Shown here: positions 41,501 through 54,330 of the stretch, in pieces
How the letters are laid out: each line of letters begins with the position of its first letter
Numbering within the stretch: position 1 is the first letter of the stretch
Assembly (NCBI GenBank): GCA_009914755.4
Contig: CP086569.2
Location: forward strand, 10,912,001-10,976,000
DNA from: the human T2T-CHM13v2.0 reference genome, Homo sapiens
Direction: 5' to 3'
DNA length: 64,000 bases
Translations under genes and position numbers: made by a program
The notes under the pieces: generated by a model
What the model saw: the letters and a program-made list of their open reading frames with translations, nothing else
Told to the model about the DNA's origin: nothing
Databases searched by the model: none

Positions 41501-42126
41501 CTCTGTAGCATTCCATTGCAGTCCGTTTCTTTCCATTCCTTTATTTTACAGGATCTCACTCTGTCACTCCGGGTGGAGTGCAGTCGCATAATCTCAGCTC
41601 ACATTACATTTCAGCATTGCATTCCATTCCATTCCACTCCATTCCATTCCATTCGTTTCCATTCAGTTCCGCTCTACTCCACTCCACTGCATTTCATTTC
41701 ATACCATTCCATTCCACTCCACTTCACTCTAATCCACTCAATTCCATTCCATCCCATGACATTCCTCTCCACTAAACTCCACTCCATTCCATTCCCCTCC
41801 ATCCCGTTTCATTCCACACAACTACACTCCACTACACTCCATTTCCTGCCATTCCACCCCATTTCATTCCACTCCAATCCATTCCATTTGATTCCATTCC
41901 ACTCCATTGCATTACATTCCTTTTTTTTTCCGACAGTATCTCACTCGGTCACACAGGCTGTTGTGCAGTGGCACAATCTCAGCTCACAATTCATTTCACC
42001 ATTTCATTTCACTCCATACCACTCTACTACACTGCACCACAATCCACTCCACTCCACTCCACTCCTTCCACTCCATTTAATCCAAATCCATTCCATTCCA
42101 CTCCATTCCATTCCATTCCTTTGCTT

Positions 42127-42187
42127 TCTTTCAATAGGATCTCACTCTGTCACACAGGGTGGAGTGTAGTGGCATAATCTCAGCTCA
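42127..42187 (-). mobile_element. Alu 3'-end relic (antisense); the junction where the third copy enters block C
   Basis: tttcaataggatctcactctgtcacacagggtggagtgtagtggcataatctcagctcac. Identical in its variant sites to 9530, but followed by block-C sequence. Confidence 0.85.
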
Positions 42188-45100
42188 CATTTCATTTCAA
42201 TATTCCATCCCATTCCATTCCATTCCACTGCACTCCACTCCAATCCACTCCACTCAATTCCATTCCATTTCATTCCATTCCGTTCTATCCATTCCATTCC
42301 ATACCACTCCATTCCATTCCTTTCCTTTCTTTTGACAGGATCTCACTCCATCAAACAGGCTGGAGTGTAGTGGCACAATCTCACCTCAAATTTCACTCCA
42401 CCATTCCATTCCATTCCATTCCATTCCATTCCATTCCATTCCATTCCATTCCACTCCTTTCCATTCCTTTCCTTTCTTTTGACAGGATCTCACTCCATCA
42501 AACAGGCTGGAGTGTAGTGGCACAATCTCACCTCAAATTTCACTCTAGCAGTCCATTCCATTCCATTCCATTCCACTCCATTTCATTCCATTCCATACTA
42601 TTCCATTCCATTCTACTCAACTTCAATCAAATCCACTGCATTGCACTCCACTTCACTCCAATCCTCTCCACTCCTCTACATTACTTCCCATTTTATCCCA
42701 CTCCATTCCACACCACTCCACTCCAATCTACTCAATTCCATTCCATTACATCACATTCCATTCCATTCCATTCCATTCCAATCCACTCCAATCCACTCAA
42801 CTGCAATCCTCTATATTGCATTCCATTCCCTTCCATTCCATTACATCACATTCCATTCCATTCTATTCCATTCCACTCCACTCCACTCCACTCCACTCCA
42901 CTCCAATTCACTCCATTCCATTCCATCCCCTTTCATTCCACTCCACTCCACTCCACTCCATTACATGTCATTCCATCCGATTACATTCTCTTCCATTCCA
43001 TTCCAATCCATTCCAGTCCATTTCATTCAATTCGTTTCTTTTGAAACGATCTTACTCAGTCACACATGGTGGAGTTCAGTGGGAATATCTGAGCTCACAC
43101 TTCATTTCACCACTCCATTGCACTCCATTCCACTCCATTCCACTCCCCTCCACTCCACCCCACTCAACTCTATTCCACTCCATTCAATCCCAATCCATTC
43201 CATTCCTCTCCATTCAATTCCTTTCCTTTCTTTCGTCAGGATATCACTCTTTGACGCAGGGTGGAGTGCAGTGACACAATCTCAGTTCACATTTCCTTTT
43301 AACTTTCCACTCCATAGCATTCCATTGCAGTCCATTTCTTTCCGTTCCTTTCTTTCAGAAGATCTCACTCTGTCACTCAGGTTGGAGTGCAGTCGCATAA
43401 TCTCAGCTCACATTACATTTCAGGATTGTGTTCCATTCCATTCCACTTTATTCCACTCCATTCGATAACATTCCATTCCACTCTACTCCACTCCACTGCA
43501 CTCCATTTCATACCATTCCATTCCTCTCCACTCCACTCTAATCCACTCAATTCGATTCCATCCCATTCCATTCCACTCCACTCCACTCCACTACATTCCA
43601 TTCCACTCCATCCAATTTCATTCCACCCCACTACACTTCACTACACTCCATTCCCTGCCATTCCATCCCATCCCATTCCATTCCATTCCATTCCATTCCA
43701 TTCCATTCCATTCCACTCCATGCCATTTGATTCCATTCCACTCCATTGCATTCCATTCCATTACACTCCATGCCATTTGATTCCATTCCACTCCATTGCA
43801 TTCCATTCCTTTTCTTCAACAGCATCTCACTTACACAGGCTGGAGTGCAGTGACACAATCTCAGCTCACATTTCATTTATCCATTTCATTTCACTCCATA
43901 CCACTCCACTCAACTACACCACACTCCACTCCACTCCACTCCACTCCACTCCAGTCCACTCCACTCCTCTCCATTAAATCCCAATCCATTGCATCCTACT
44001 CCATTCCATTCCATTCCTTTGCTTTCTTTCGATAGGATCTCACTTTGTCACACAGGGTGGAGTGCAGTGGCACAATCTCAGCTCACATTTCATTTAAATA
44101 TTCCATCCCATTCCATTCCACTCCACTCCACTCAATTCCATTCCACTCCATTCCATTCTATTCCATTCCATTCTATTCCAGACTATTCCATTCCATTCGA
44201 CTCCTTTCCATTCCTTTCCTTTCTTTCGACAGGATCTCTTTCTATCAAACAGGCTGGAGTGTAGTGGCACTATCTCAGCTCAAATTTCACTTCACCATTC
44301 AATTCCATTCCTTTCTGTTCCATTCCATTCCACACCACTCCACTCCACTCCACTCCACTCCATTGCATTCCATTCCTCTTCACTCCACTCCACTCTTCTC
44401 CACTACTCTACATTACATCTCTCTCTATCCCAGTCCATTCTACTCCACCTCACTCCACTCCAATCTACTCAATTCCATTACATTACATCACTTTCCATTC
44501 CATTCCACTCCACTCCAATCCACTCAATTCCACTCCTCTATATTACATTCCTTTTCATTCCATTCCAGTACACCGTATTACATTACACTTATTTCTTTGG
44601 ACAGGATCTCACTCTGTCAAACAGGGTAGAGTGCAGGGGCACAATCTCAGCTCACATTACATTTCACCATTCCATTCTATTTCTTTCCATTCCATTCCAA
44701 TCCGTTCCATTCCATTCATTTCCGTTACACTTTACTCCACTCCATTCCACTCCACTCCACTACATTACACTTTACTCCACTCCAGTCCACTCCACTTCAT
44801 TACACTTCATCCCATTCCATTCCACTCCATTCCACTCTACTGCACTCCACTCCACTCCATTCCATTCCATTCCATCCCAGTCCATTCCACTCCATTCTAC
44901 ACCACTCCACTCCACTCCATTCCATTGCATTCCAACCGAATCTATTCCAGCCCACTCCATTCCATTCCACTCCATTCCATTCCATTCCCTGCTTTCGACA
45001 GGATCTCTCTGTGTGACACAACCTGGAATGCAGTAGCACTATCTCATCTCACATTTCATTTGACCATTCCATTCCACTACATTCCACTACACTTCAGTCC

Positions 45101-46063
45101 ACTCCACTCCACTCTAATCCACGCCATTCCACTCCATTCAATTCCATTTCAGTCCATTCCACTCCATTCGACACCACTCCAATCCACTCAACTCCACTTC
45201 ATTCCACTTCAGTCCACTCCACTCCAGTCCACTCCACTTCATTAGCGTCCATGCAATTCCATTCCACTTCACTGCCCTTCACTCCACTACACGCCACTCC
45301 ATTCCATTCCATTCCATCCCAGTTTATTGCACTCCATTCCACACCACCCACTCCACTCCACTCCATTCCATTCCAATCCATCCCATTCCATTCCATCCCA
45401 TTCCATTCCATTCCATTCCATTCCATCCCTGTGCATCCCCGTCTATTCCATTCCATTTCGTTCCATTCCATTCCTTTCTTCTGACAGGATCTCACTCTCT
45501 CACCTTGGCTGTAGTGAAGTGGCACAATCTCAGCTCACATTACATTTCACCATTGCATTCCATTCCATTTCACTCCTTTCCATTCCATTCCTTTCCACTC
45601 CATTCCATTCCATTCCATTCCATTCCATTCCATTCCATTCCATTCCATTGCATTCCATTCCATTCCATTCCATTCCATTCCATTCTATTTCACTCCACTC
45701 CACTGAACTCCACTCCACTCCACTGCACTCCAATCCATTCCATTCCATTCCATTCCATTTCACTCGACTCCATTCCAATCCACTCCACTCCATTACACTC
45801 CATTCCATTCCATCCCATTCATCCCATTCAATTTCCCTCTTCTCCATTCCACTCCACTCCACTCCAATTCACTCCATTCCATTGCATGCCATTCCATTCC
45901 ACTCCTCTCCATTCCACTCCACTCCGCACTCCTCCTTTCCACTCCATCTCATTCCATTCCACTCCATTCCACTCCACTCAACTGCACTTCATTCCACTGT
46001 ACTGCATTCCATTTCATTCCACTCCCTTCCATTTTTTTCCACTCCCTTACATTCCATTCCTTT

Positions 46064-46125
46064 CTTTTGACAGGATCTCATTCTCTCACACAGGCTGGAG
46101 TGTAGCGGCACAATCTCGGCTCACA
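46064..46125 (-). mobile_element. Alu 3'-end relic (antisense); retains two CpGs
   Basis: ttgacaggatctcattctctcacacaggctggagtgtagcggcacaatctcggctcac. Confidence 0.8.
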
Positions 46126-49100
46126 TTTCATTTCGACATTCTATTCCATTGCAATCCATTGCACTCCGTTCCATTCTATTGCATTCCATTGCATTCCATT
46201 CCATTCCATTCCTCTCCACTCCATTCTACTCCACTCCAGTCCACTCTGCTCCAGTACACTCCACTCCATTCCATTCATCTCCATTCCATTACTTTCCTTT
46301 CTTTCGACAGGATCTCACTCTTTCACCCAAGTTGGTGTGCAGTGGAAAAATCTCAGCTCACATTTCATTGCACCATACCATTCCATTCCATCCCATCCCA
46401 CTCCATTACTTTAAATTCCATTCCATTACAGTCCACTCCACCCCATTTCACTCCACTCCACACCACTCCACTCCTCTCCATCCATTCCATTCCACTCCAT
46501 TCCATTCTACTCCACTCCACTTCTTTACCATAATCCCATTCCATTCCACTGCAATCCACTCCACTCCACTCCTGTCCACTCCATTCCATTCCATCCCATC
46601 CCATCCCGTTCAAACCAATCAACTCCACTCCACTCCACTCCACTTCACTCCATACCGTTCCATTCCGTTCCACTCCTTTCCATTGCATTCCTTTCTTTCA
46701 ACAGGATCTTATTGTGTCTGCCAGGTTCGAGTGCAGTGGCACAATCTCAGCTCACATTTCATTGCACTATACTATTCCGTGCCATTCCACTCCACTCCAT
46801 TCCTTTAAATTCCATTCCATTCTAGTCCCCTCCACTCTACTCCACTTCACTCACTCTACTCCACACCACTCTACTCCACTCCATTCCATCCCATTCCATT
46901 CCACACCACTCTACTCCACTCCATTCCATCCCATTCCATTCCACTCCACTTCTTTCCATTCCATTCCATTCCACTCCACTCCATTACACTCCTGTCCGCT
47001 CCACTTCAGTCCATTCCATTAAATTGCATTCCATTCCACTCCTTTCCTTTCCATTCCTTTCTCTTGAAAAGATCTCACTCTGTCACCCAGTCTGAAGTGC
47101 AGTGGCACAGTCTTAACTCACATTTCATTTCACCATTCCATTGCATTCCATTCAATTGCATTCCTTTCCATTCTGTTCCATTACATTCCACTCCACTCCC
47201 CTCCACCCTGCTGCTTTCCATTCAATTCCATTCCTCTCCATTCCACTCCACACTACTCCATTCCTCTCCACTCCATCCCATTCTATCCAATTCCATTCCA
47301 TTCCATTCCAGTCAACTGCACTCCATTCCACTCCATTGCATCCCATTGCATTCCACTCCATTTCACTGCACTCCACTCCACTCCATTTCCTTCCACTCGA
47401 TTTCGTTCCATTAGACTCCACTGCACTCCCGTCCACTACTTTCCACTCCATTCCATTCCACTCCATTCCATTTCATTATTTTTCTTCGACAGGATCTCAC
47501 TCTGTCCCTCAGGCTGAAGTGTAGTGCCACAATCTCAGCTCAAATTTCATTTCGCCATTCCATTGCATTCCATTCCATTAAATTTAATTCCAATCCTCTC
47601 CACTTCACTCCACTCCACTCCACTCCATCCCAATTCATTCTCATACATTCCATCCAATTCCACTCCATTGCACTCCATGCCTTTTCAACTATATTCCGTT
47701 TCATCCCTTCTCATTCCACTCCATTCCTCTCCTCTCCACTTTACTCCACGTCACTATTCTCCACTCCATTCCTCTCCATTCCATTCCATTCCATTCCATT
47801 CCATTCCATTCCATTCCATTCCATTCCACTCCATTTCATTCCATTGCTTTCTTTCAACAACATCATCCTCTTTCACACAGGCTGGAATGCAGCAGTACAA
47901 TCTCAGCTAACATTTTATTTCACCATTACATTTGCTTCCATTCCATTCTATTCAATTCCACTCCACTGCACTTCATTAACTCCACTCCATTTCGTACAGT
48001 TCCATTCCATTCCATTCCACTCCATTCCACTTCACTCCCCAACACTCCACTCCATTCCAATCCATCCCATACCATTCCACTCCATTCCGCGCCACTCCCT
48101 TCCACTCCACTGAACTCCATTCCATTCCATTCCATTCCATTCCATTCCATTCCATTCCATTCCATTTCACTCCATTCCACACCATTCTATTCCATTCCAT
48201 TCCTTTCTTTCGACAGTATGTGTCTCTGACACAAAGGCTGATGTGTAGTGGCCCAATCATAGCTCACATTTCATTTCACCATTCCATTCCCTTCCATTCC
48301 ATTGCATTCCATTCCATTCAATTCCATTCTTTTCCACTCCACTCCACTCCACTCCACTCCATGCCATGACATTCCATTACATTCCAGTCCAATCCAATCT
48401 ATTCCACTCCACTCCACAACACTGTATTCCATTACATCCCTTCCCATTCCACTCCATTCCACTTGTCTCCACTCTAATCCACGCCACTCAACTCCTCTGC
48501 ACTCTATCCCATTCCATGCCATTCCACTCCATTCCACTCCATTCCATTCCCTTCCTTTTTGTAGACAGGATCGGACTCTTTGACTCAGGCTACAGTGCAG
48601 TGCCACACACTCAGCTCACATTTCATTTCACCATTTCATTGCATTCCATTCCATTCCTTTCCATTTACTTCAAATCAATTACACTTCACTCCACTCCACT
48701 CCACGCCATTTCATTCCATTACATTCCAGTACATTCTACTCCATTACACTCCACTCCACGAGGCTATATTCCATTACATCTCATACCGTTCCACTCCATT
48801 CCACTCCTATCCAATCTACTCCATTCCACACCACTTCCTCTCCACGCTATTCCATTCCATTCCATTCCATTCCACTCTGTTCCTCTCCATTCCCTTCCCT
48901 TCCTTTTCATAGACAGGATCTCACTCTTTCACTCAGGCTAGAATGCAGTGACACACTCTCAGCTCATATTGCGTTTCACCATTCCATTGAATTCCATTCC
49001 ATTCCATTCCATTTAATTCAAATCCATTCCACTCCACTCCCCACCATTCCATTCCATTACATTCCAGTGCATTCCACTCCAATCCACTCCACTCCACTAT

Positions 49101-49400
49101 GCTATATTCCATTTCATCCCGTCCCATTCCACTCCTCTCCACTCTACACCACTGCACTACACTCCTATCCACTCCATTCCATTCCATTCCATTCCATTCC
49201 ATTCCATTCCATTCCACTCCACTCCATTCCATTCCATTCCACTCCATTCCATTCCATTCCTTCCTTTCGACAACATCTCACTCTGTCATGCAGACTGGAG
49301 TGCAGTGGCACAATCTCAGCTCACGTTTCATTTCACCATTCCATTCCCTTACATTCCATTCCATTCCACTCAACTGCACTGCACTCCACTACATTCTATT

Positions 49401-49465
49401 CCATTCCATTCCATTCCATTCCATTCCATTCCATTCCATTCCATTCCATTCCATTCCATTCCATT
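49401..49465. repeat. Perfect (CCATT)13 tract
   Basis: ccattccatt uninterrupted. Confidence 0.9.
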
Positions 49466-50576
49466 CCACTGCATCCCATTCCATTCCACTCTATTCCAAA
49501 CCACTCCACTCCACTCCAATTCATTCCACACCACTCCACTCCACTCCATTGCATTCCATTCCAACCAATTCCATTCCACTCCGTTACATTCCACTCCAGT
49601 CCACTCGATTCAATTCCATCCCATAGCATTTCTCTCCATTCCTTTCCATTCTTTCTTTCAACAAGATCTTACTCTGTCACAGGCTGGAGTGCAGTGGCCC
49701 AATCTTAGCTCACATTTTATTTCACCATTCCATTCCATTCGATTCCACTCAATTCCACTACACTCTACTCAAGTCCACTCCACTCCATTCCATTCCATTC
49801 CACTGCCCTCCACTCCACTCCTCTCTTCTCCGTTCCATCCGATTCCATTCCCCTCCTTTCCAACACACTTCACTCCACTTCTCTCCATTCCGTGCCTTTC
49901 CATTCCATCACGTTCCACTCCACTCCACTCCACTCCACTCCACTCCACTCCATTCCAATACACACCATTACATTACATTCCTTTCTTTCGACAGGATCTC
50001 ACTCTGTCAAACAGGCTGGAATACAGTGGCACAATCTCAGCTCACATTTTATTTAACCATTGCATTCCATTCCATTCCCATTTGTTCCGTTCCATTCCGT
50101 TCCACTGAACTACACTGCACTCCATTCCACTCCACTCCAGTCCATTCCGCTCGACTTCACTCCGTTCCATTCCATTCCATTCCACTCCATTTCACACAAC
50201 TCCACTCCAGTAAAATCCTCTTCACTCTGTTACATTTTATCCCATTCCATTCCACTCCATTCGATTCCATTCCATTCCGTTCCATTCCTTTCCATTCTGT
50301 TCCATTCCATTCCACTCCATTTCATTCCACTCCATTCCACTCTATTCCTTTCCTTTCCATTCCACTCTGTTCCACTGCATTCCACTCCACTCCATTCCAC
50401 TCCACTCAATTCGCTTCCTCCCCTCTATTCCAATCCATTCATTTACTCTGCATTACATGCCATTCCACTCCATTCCAGTCCACTTCATTACACTCCCTCC
50501 ATTCCACTCCACTGCACTCCATTTTATTCCACTATACTCCATTCCATTCAATTCTAATACAAATCATTCCATTCCT

Positions 50577-50640
50577 TTATTTCGACTGGATCTCACTTTA
50601 TCACTTGGACTGGAATGTAGAGGCACATTCTTAGTCGACA
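50577..50640 (-). mobile_element. Alu 3'-end relic (antisense), subtype-2; single copy where the paralogous region 30354/30902 has two
   Basis: ttatttcgactggatctcactttatcacttggactggaatgtagaggcacattcttagtcgac. Confidence 0.7.
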
Positions 50641-51954
50641 TTTCATTTCACTATTCCATTCCATTCCATTTCATTCCGTTGCATTCCATTCCATTCCAAT
50701 GCATTCCATTCCATTCCCTTCCATCAATTCCGTTCCCTTCCATTCCATTCCACCGCACTCTGATCATCTCCACTCAACTCCATTCCACTCCACTCCACTC
50801 CACTTTGTTCTGTTCAGATCCATTCCATTCCATTTCATTCCATTCCAGGCCATTCCTCTCCATTCAACTCCACTCCATTGCATTCCATTCCACGCCACTC
50901 CACTCCCTTCCCCTCCACTCCATTCCACTCCATTCCATTCCAATTCACTCCTCTTCATTTTATTCCAATGCACTCGATTCCATTCCACTCCAGTCCACTC
51001 CACTCCATTCCATTTCGTTCCATACCACTGAACTCCAATCCACTCCACTCAAATCCACTCCACTCCACTCCTCTCCACTCCATTGTATTCCGCTCCGTTT
51101 CGTTCCATTCTTTTCCATTTCAGTCCACTTCATTTCACTCCATTCCATTCCATTCCACTCCATTTCATTAAATTCCTTTCAAATCGATTCCACTCCATTC
51201 CACTGAATTCCATTCCTCTCTATTCCACTTCATTCCATTCCACTCGATTCCATTCCACTCCATTCCACCCTACACCACTCCATTCCACCTCAGTCCATTC
51301 CACTCAAGTGCACTAAACTCCCCTCCACTCCACTCCATTCCATTCAATTCTATTCCATTCTATTCCACTGCACTATGATCCACTCCACTGTACTCCTCTC
51401 CACACTTCTCTACACCTTTCTGTTCCTTTCCTTTCTGTTCTGATCCTTTCCATTCCATTCCACTCCATTCTATTACACTCCACTCCACTCCACTTCATTC
51501 CATTTCACTCCATTCCACTCCATTCCACTTCAATCCATTCCAATCCAATCCACTACCATCCACTCCACTCCACTCCATTCTATTACACTCCATTCATTTC
51601 CTTTCCACTCAATTCCATTCCATTCCATTCCATTACACTCCACTCCATTCCACTCCACTGCATTCCACTGTATTCCACTCCACTCTCCTCCACTCAATTC
51701 CATTCAATTAAACTCCATTCCATTGTATTCCATTACACTTCATTCAACTTTATTCCACGCCACTCCAGGCCACTACACTCCTTTCCAATCCTCTCCATTC
51801 CGTTGCACTCCATTCCATTCCAGTCCACTCCATTCCATTCCATTCCATTCCATTCCATTCAACTCCATTCCATTCCGTTCCATTCCATTCTGTTCCATTC
51901 CATTCCATTCCATTCCATTCAACTCCATTCCATTCCATTCCATTCCATTCCGTT

Positions 51955-52008
51955 CCATTCCATTCCATTCCATTCCATTCCATTCCATTCCATTCCATTA
52001 TTTTGACT
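51955..52008. repeat. Perfect (CCATT)n tract abutting a subtype-2 Alu relic
   Basis: ccattc x about 10, then ttttgactggatctcac. Confidence 0.85.
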
Positions 52009-53033
52009 GGATCTCACTCTGTCACCCAGAATGGAGTACAGTGGCACAATCTTAGCTCACGTTTCTTTTCACCGTTCGATTCCATTTTTTTGCATTCCAA
52101 TCCATTCCATTCCATACCATTGCATTGCATTCCACTCCATTCCACTCCATTCCATTCCAATGCTCTCGGATCCCCTCAACTCAAACCCACCCCACTGCAC
52201 TCCACTCCACGACGTTTGATCCATTCAATTCCATTCTGTTCCATTCCCTTCCATTGCATTCCACTCCATTCTATTGCAATCCAATCCATTCCATTCCACT
52301 CTATTCCACTCCACTCCACTCCATTGCACTCAACTCCACTTCACACCACTCCAGTCCACTCCATTGCATTCCTTTCCTTTCCATTCCTCTCCACTCTACT
52401 CCAATCCACTCCACCACATTCCATTCAATTCCATTCCATTGCACTCCGATGATTTCCTCTCAACTCCACTCCCCTCCACTCCATTCCATTCCATTCTGTT
52501 CTCTTCCATTCTATTCCACTCAATTCCATTCCACCCCCCTCCATTCCACTGCACTCCATTTCTGTCCATTCCTATTCACTTCACTCCACTCCACTTGTCT
52601 CAATTCCATTCCAATCCCTTCCATTCCATTCCGTTACATTCCATTCAATTCTTTCCACGCCATTCCACTCCGTTCCACTCCACTCCATTCCACTCCATTG
52701 CACTCCACTCCATTCCACTCCATTGCACTCCACTCCATTCCACTCATCTCCATTCCACTCCAATCCACTGCATTCCACTCCACTCCATTCCACTCCATTG
52801 CACTCCACTCCATTCCACTCCATTGCACTCCACTCCATTCCACTCATCTCCATTCCACTCCAATCCACTGCATTCCACTCCATTCCATTCCATTCCATTC
52901 CATTCCATTCCACTCCATTCTACTCCATTCCACACCACTCCATTCCACTCCTTTCCACTCCATTGTACCCCATTCCATTCCGCTCCACTCCATTCCATTC
53001 CATTCCATTCCACTCCTTTCCATTTCATTCCAT

Positions 53034-53095
53034 TATTTTGATTGGATATCTTTCTGTCACCCAGACTGGGGTGCAGTGGCACAGTCGTAGCTCAC
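53034..53095 (-). mobile_element. Alu 3'-end relic (antisense), subtype-2
   Basis: ttattttgattggatatctttctgtcacccagactggggtgcagtggcacagtcgtagctcac. Confidence 0.75.
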
Positions 53096-54147
53096 ATTTC
53101 TTTTCACCATTCGATTCCATTCCTATGCATTCGAATCCATTCTATTCCATTCCATTCCGTTCCTTTCCATTAAATTATTTTCCATTCCTTTCCATTCCAT
53201 TCCACGCCACTCCATTCCATTCCACTCCACTCCACTCCACTCCATTTCCTTCCATTCCATTCCACGCCATTCTACTCCACTCCATTCCATTCGTTTCCTT
53301 TCCTTTGCATTGCATTCCACTGCACTCTGATGCACTCCACTAAACTCCAGTCCACTCTCCTCCACTCCACTTCGCTCCATTCTATGCCATTCTGTTCCGT
53401 TTCATTCAGTTGCATTCCATTCCAGTCCACTCAATTCCACTCCACTCCATTTCACTCCATTCCATTCCATTCCACTGCATTCCATGCCTTTCCATTCTGC
53501 TCCATTCTACTCCATTCCACTGCACTCCATTCCACTGCACTCCATGCCACTCCACTCCACTCCATTCAACTTCATTCCATGGCACTCCACTCCATTCCAT
53601 TCCATTCTACTACATTCCATTCCATTCCTTTATTTCTATGGGATCTCACTCTGACAACGAGAACGGAATGCAGTGGCCCAATCTTAGCTCACATTTCATT
53701 AACCATTCCACTCCACTCCATTCCATTCCATTCTACTCCATTCCATTTCATTCCTTTATTTGGACGGAATCTCACTCTCTCACACAGACTGGAGTGTCGT
53801 GTCCCAATCTTAGCTCACATTTCATTAACCATAGCATTTCTTTCCATTCCATTCCATTTCATTCCATTCCACTGCACTCCGATCCACTCTTCTGAACTCC
53901 ACTACACTCCACTCTGCTCTAGAGATTTCCATTCCGTTCCATTCCGTTCCGTTGCAGTTCACTCCACTCTACTTCATTACATTCCACTTCATTACACTCC
54001 ATTCCTCTCCACTTCACTCCATTCCCCTCCTTTCCACTCCATTCCGTTCCATTCCATTCCATTCCTTTCCATTCCATTACACTCCATTCCATTCCATTCC
54101 AATGCACTCCATTCCATTCCATTCTACTCCGTTCCAATCCATCCCTT

Positions 54148-54195
54148 TACTTCGACGTGATATAAAGTGGCCAAATCGTAACTAACATTTCATTA
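54148..54195 (-). mobile_element. Degenerate or truncated Alu relic at the end of block C
   Basis: ttcgacgtgatataaagtggccaaatcgtaactaacatttcat. Confidence 0.5.
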
Positions 54196-54265
54196 ATCAT
54201 TCCATTCCATTCCATTGCATTCATTCAATTGCATTCCATTCCATTCCGTTCCATTCCTTTCCATG

Positions 54266-54330
54266 CCATTCCATTCCATTCCATTCCATTCCATTCCATT
54301 CCATTCCATTCCATTCCATTCCATTCCATT
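54266..54330. repeat. Perfect (CCATT)13 tract
   Basis: ccattccatt uninterrupted. Confidence 0.9.
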
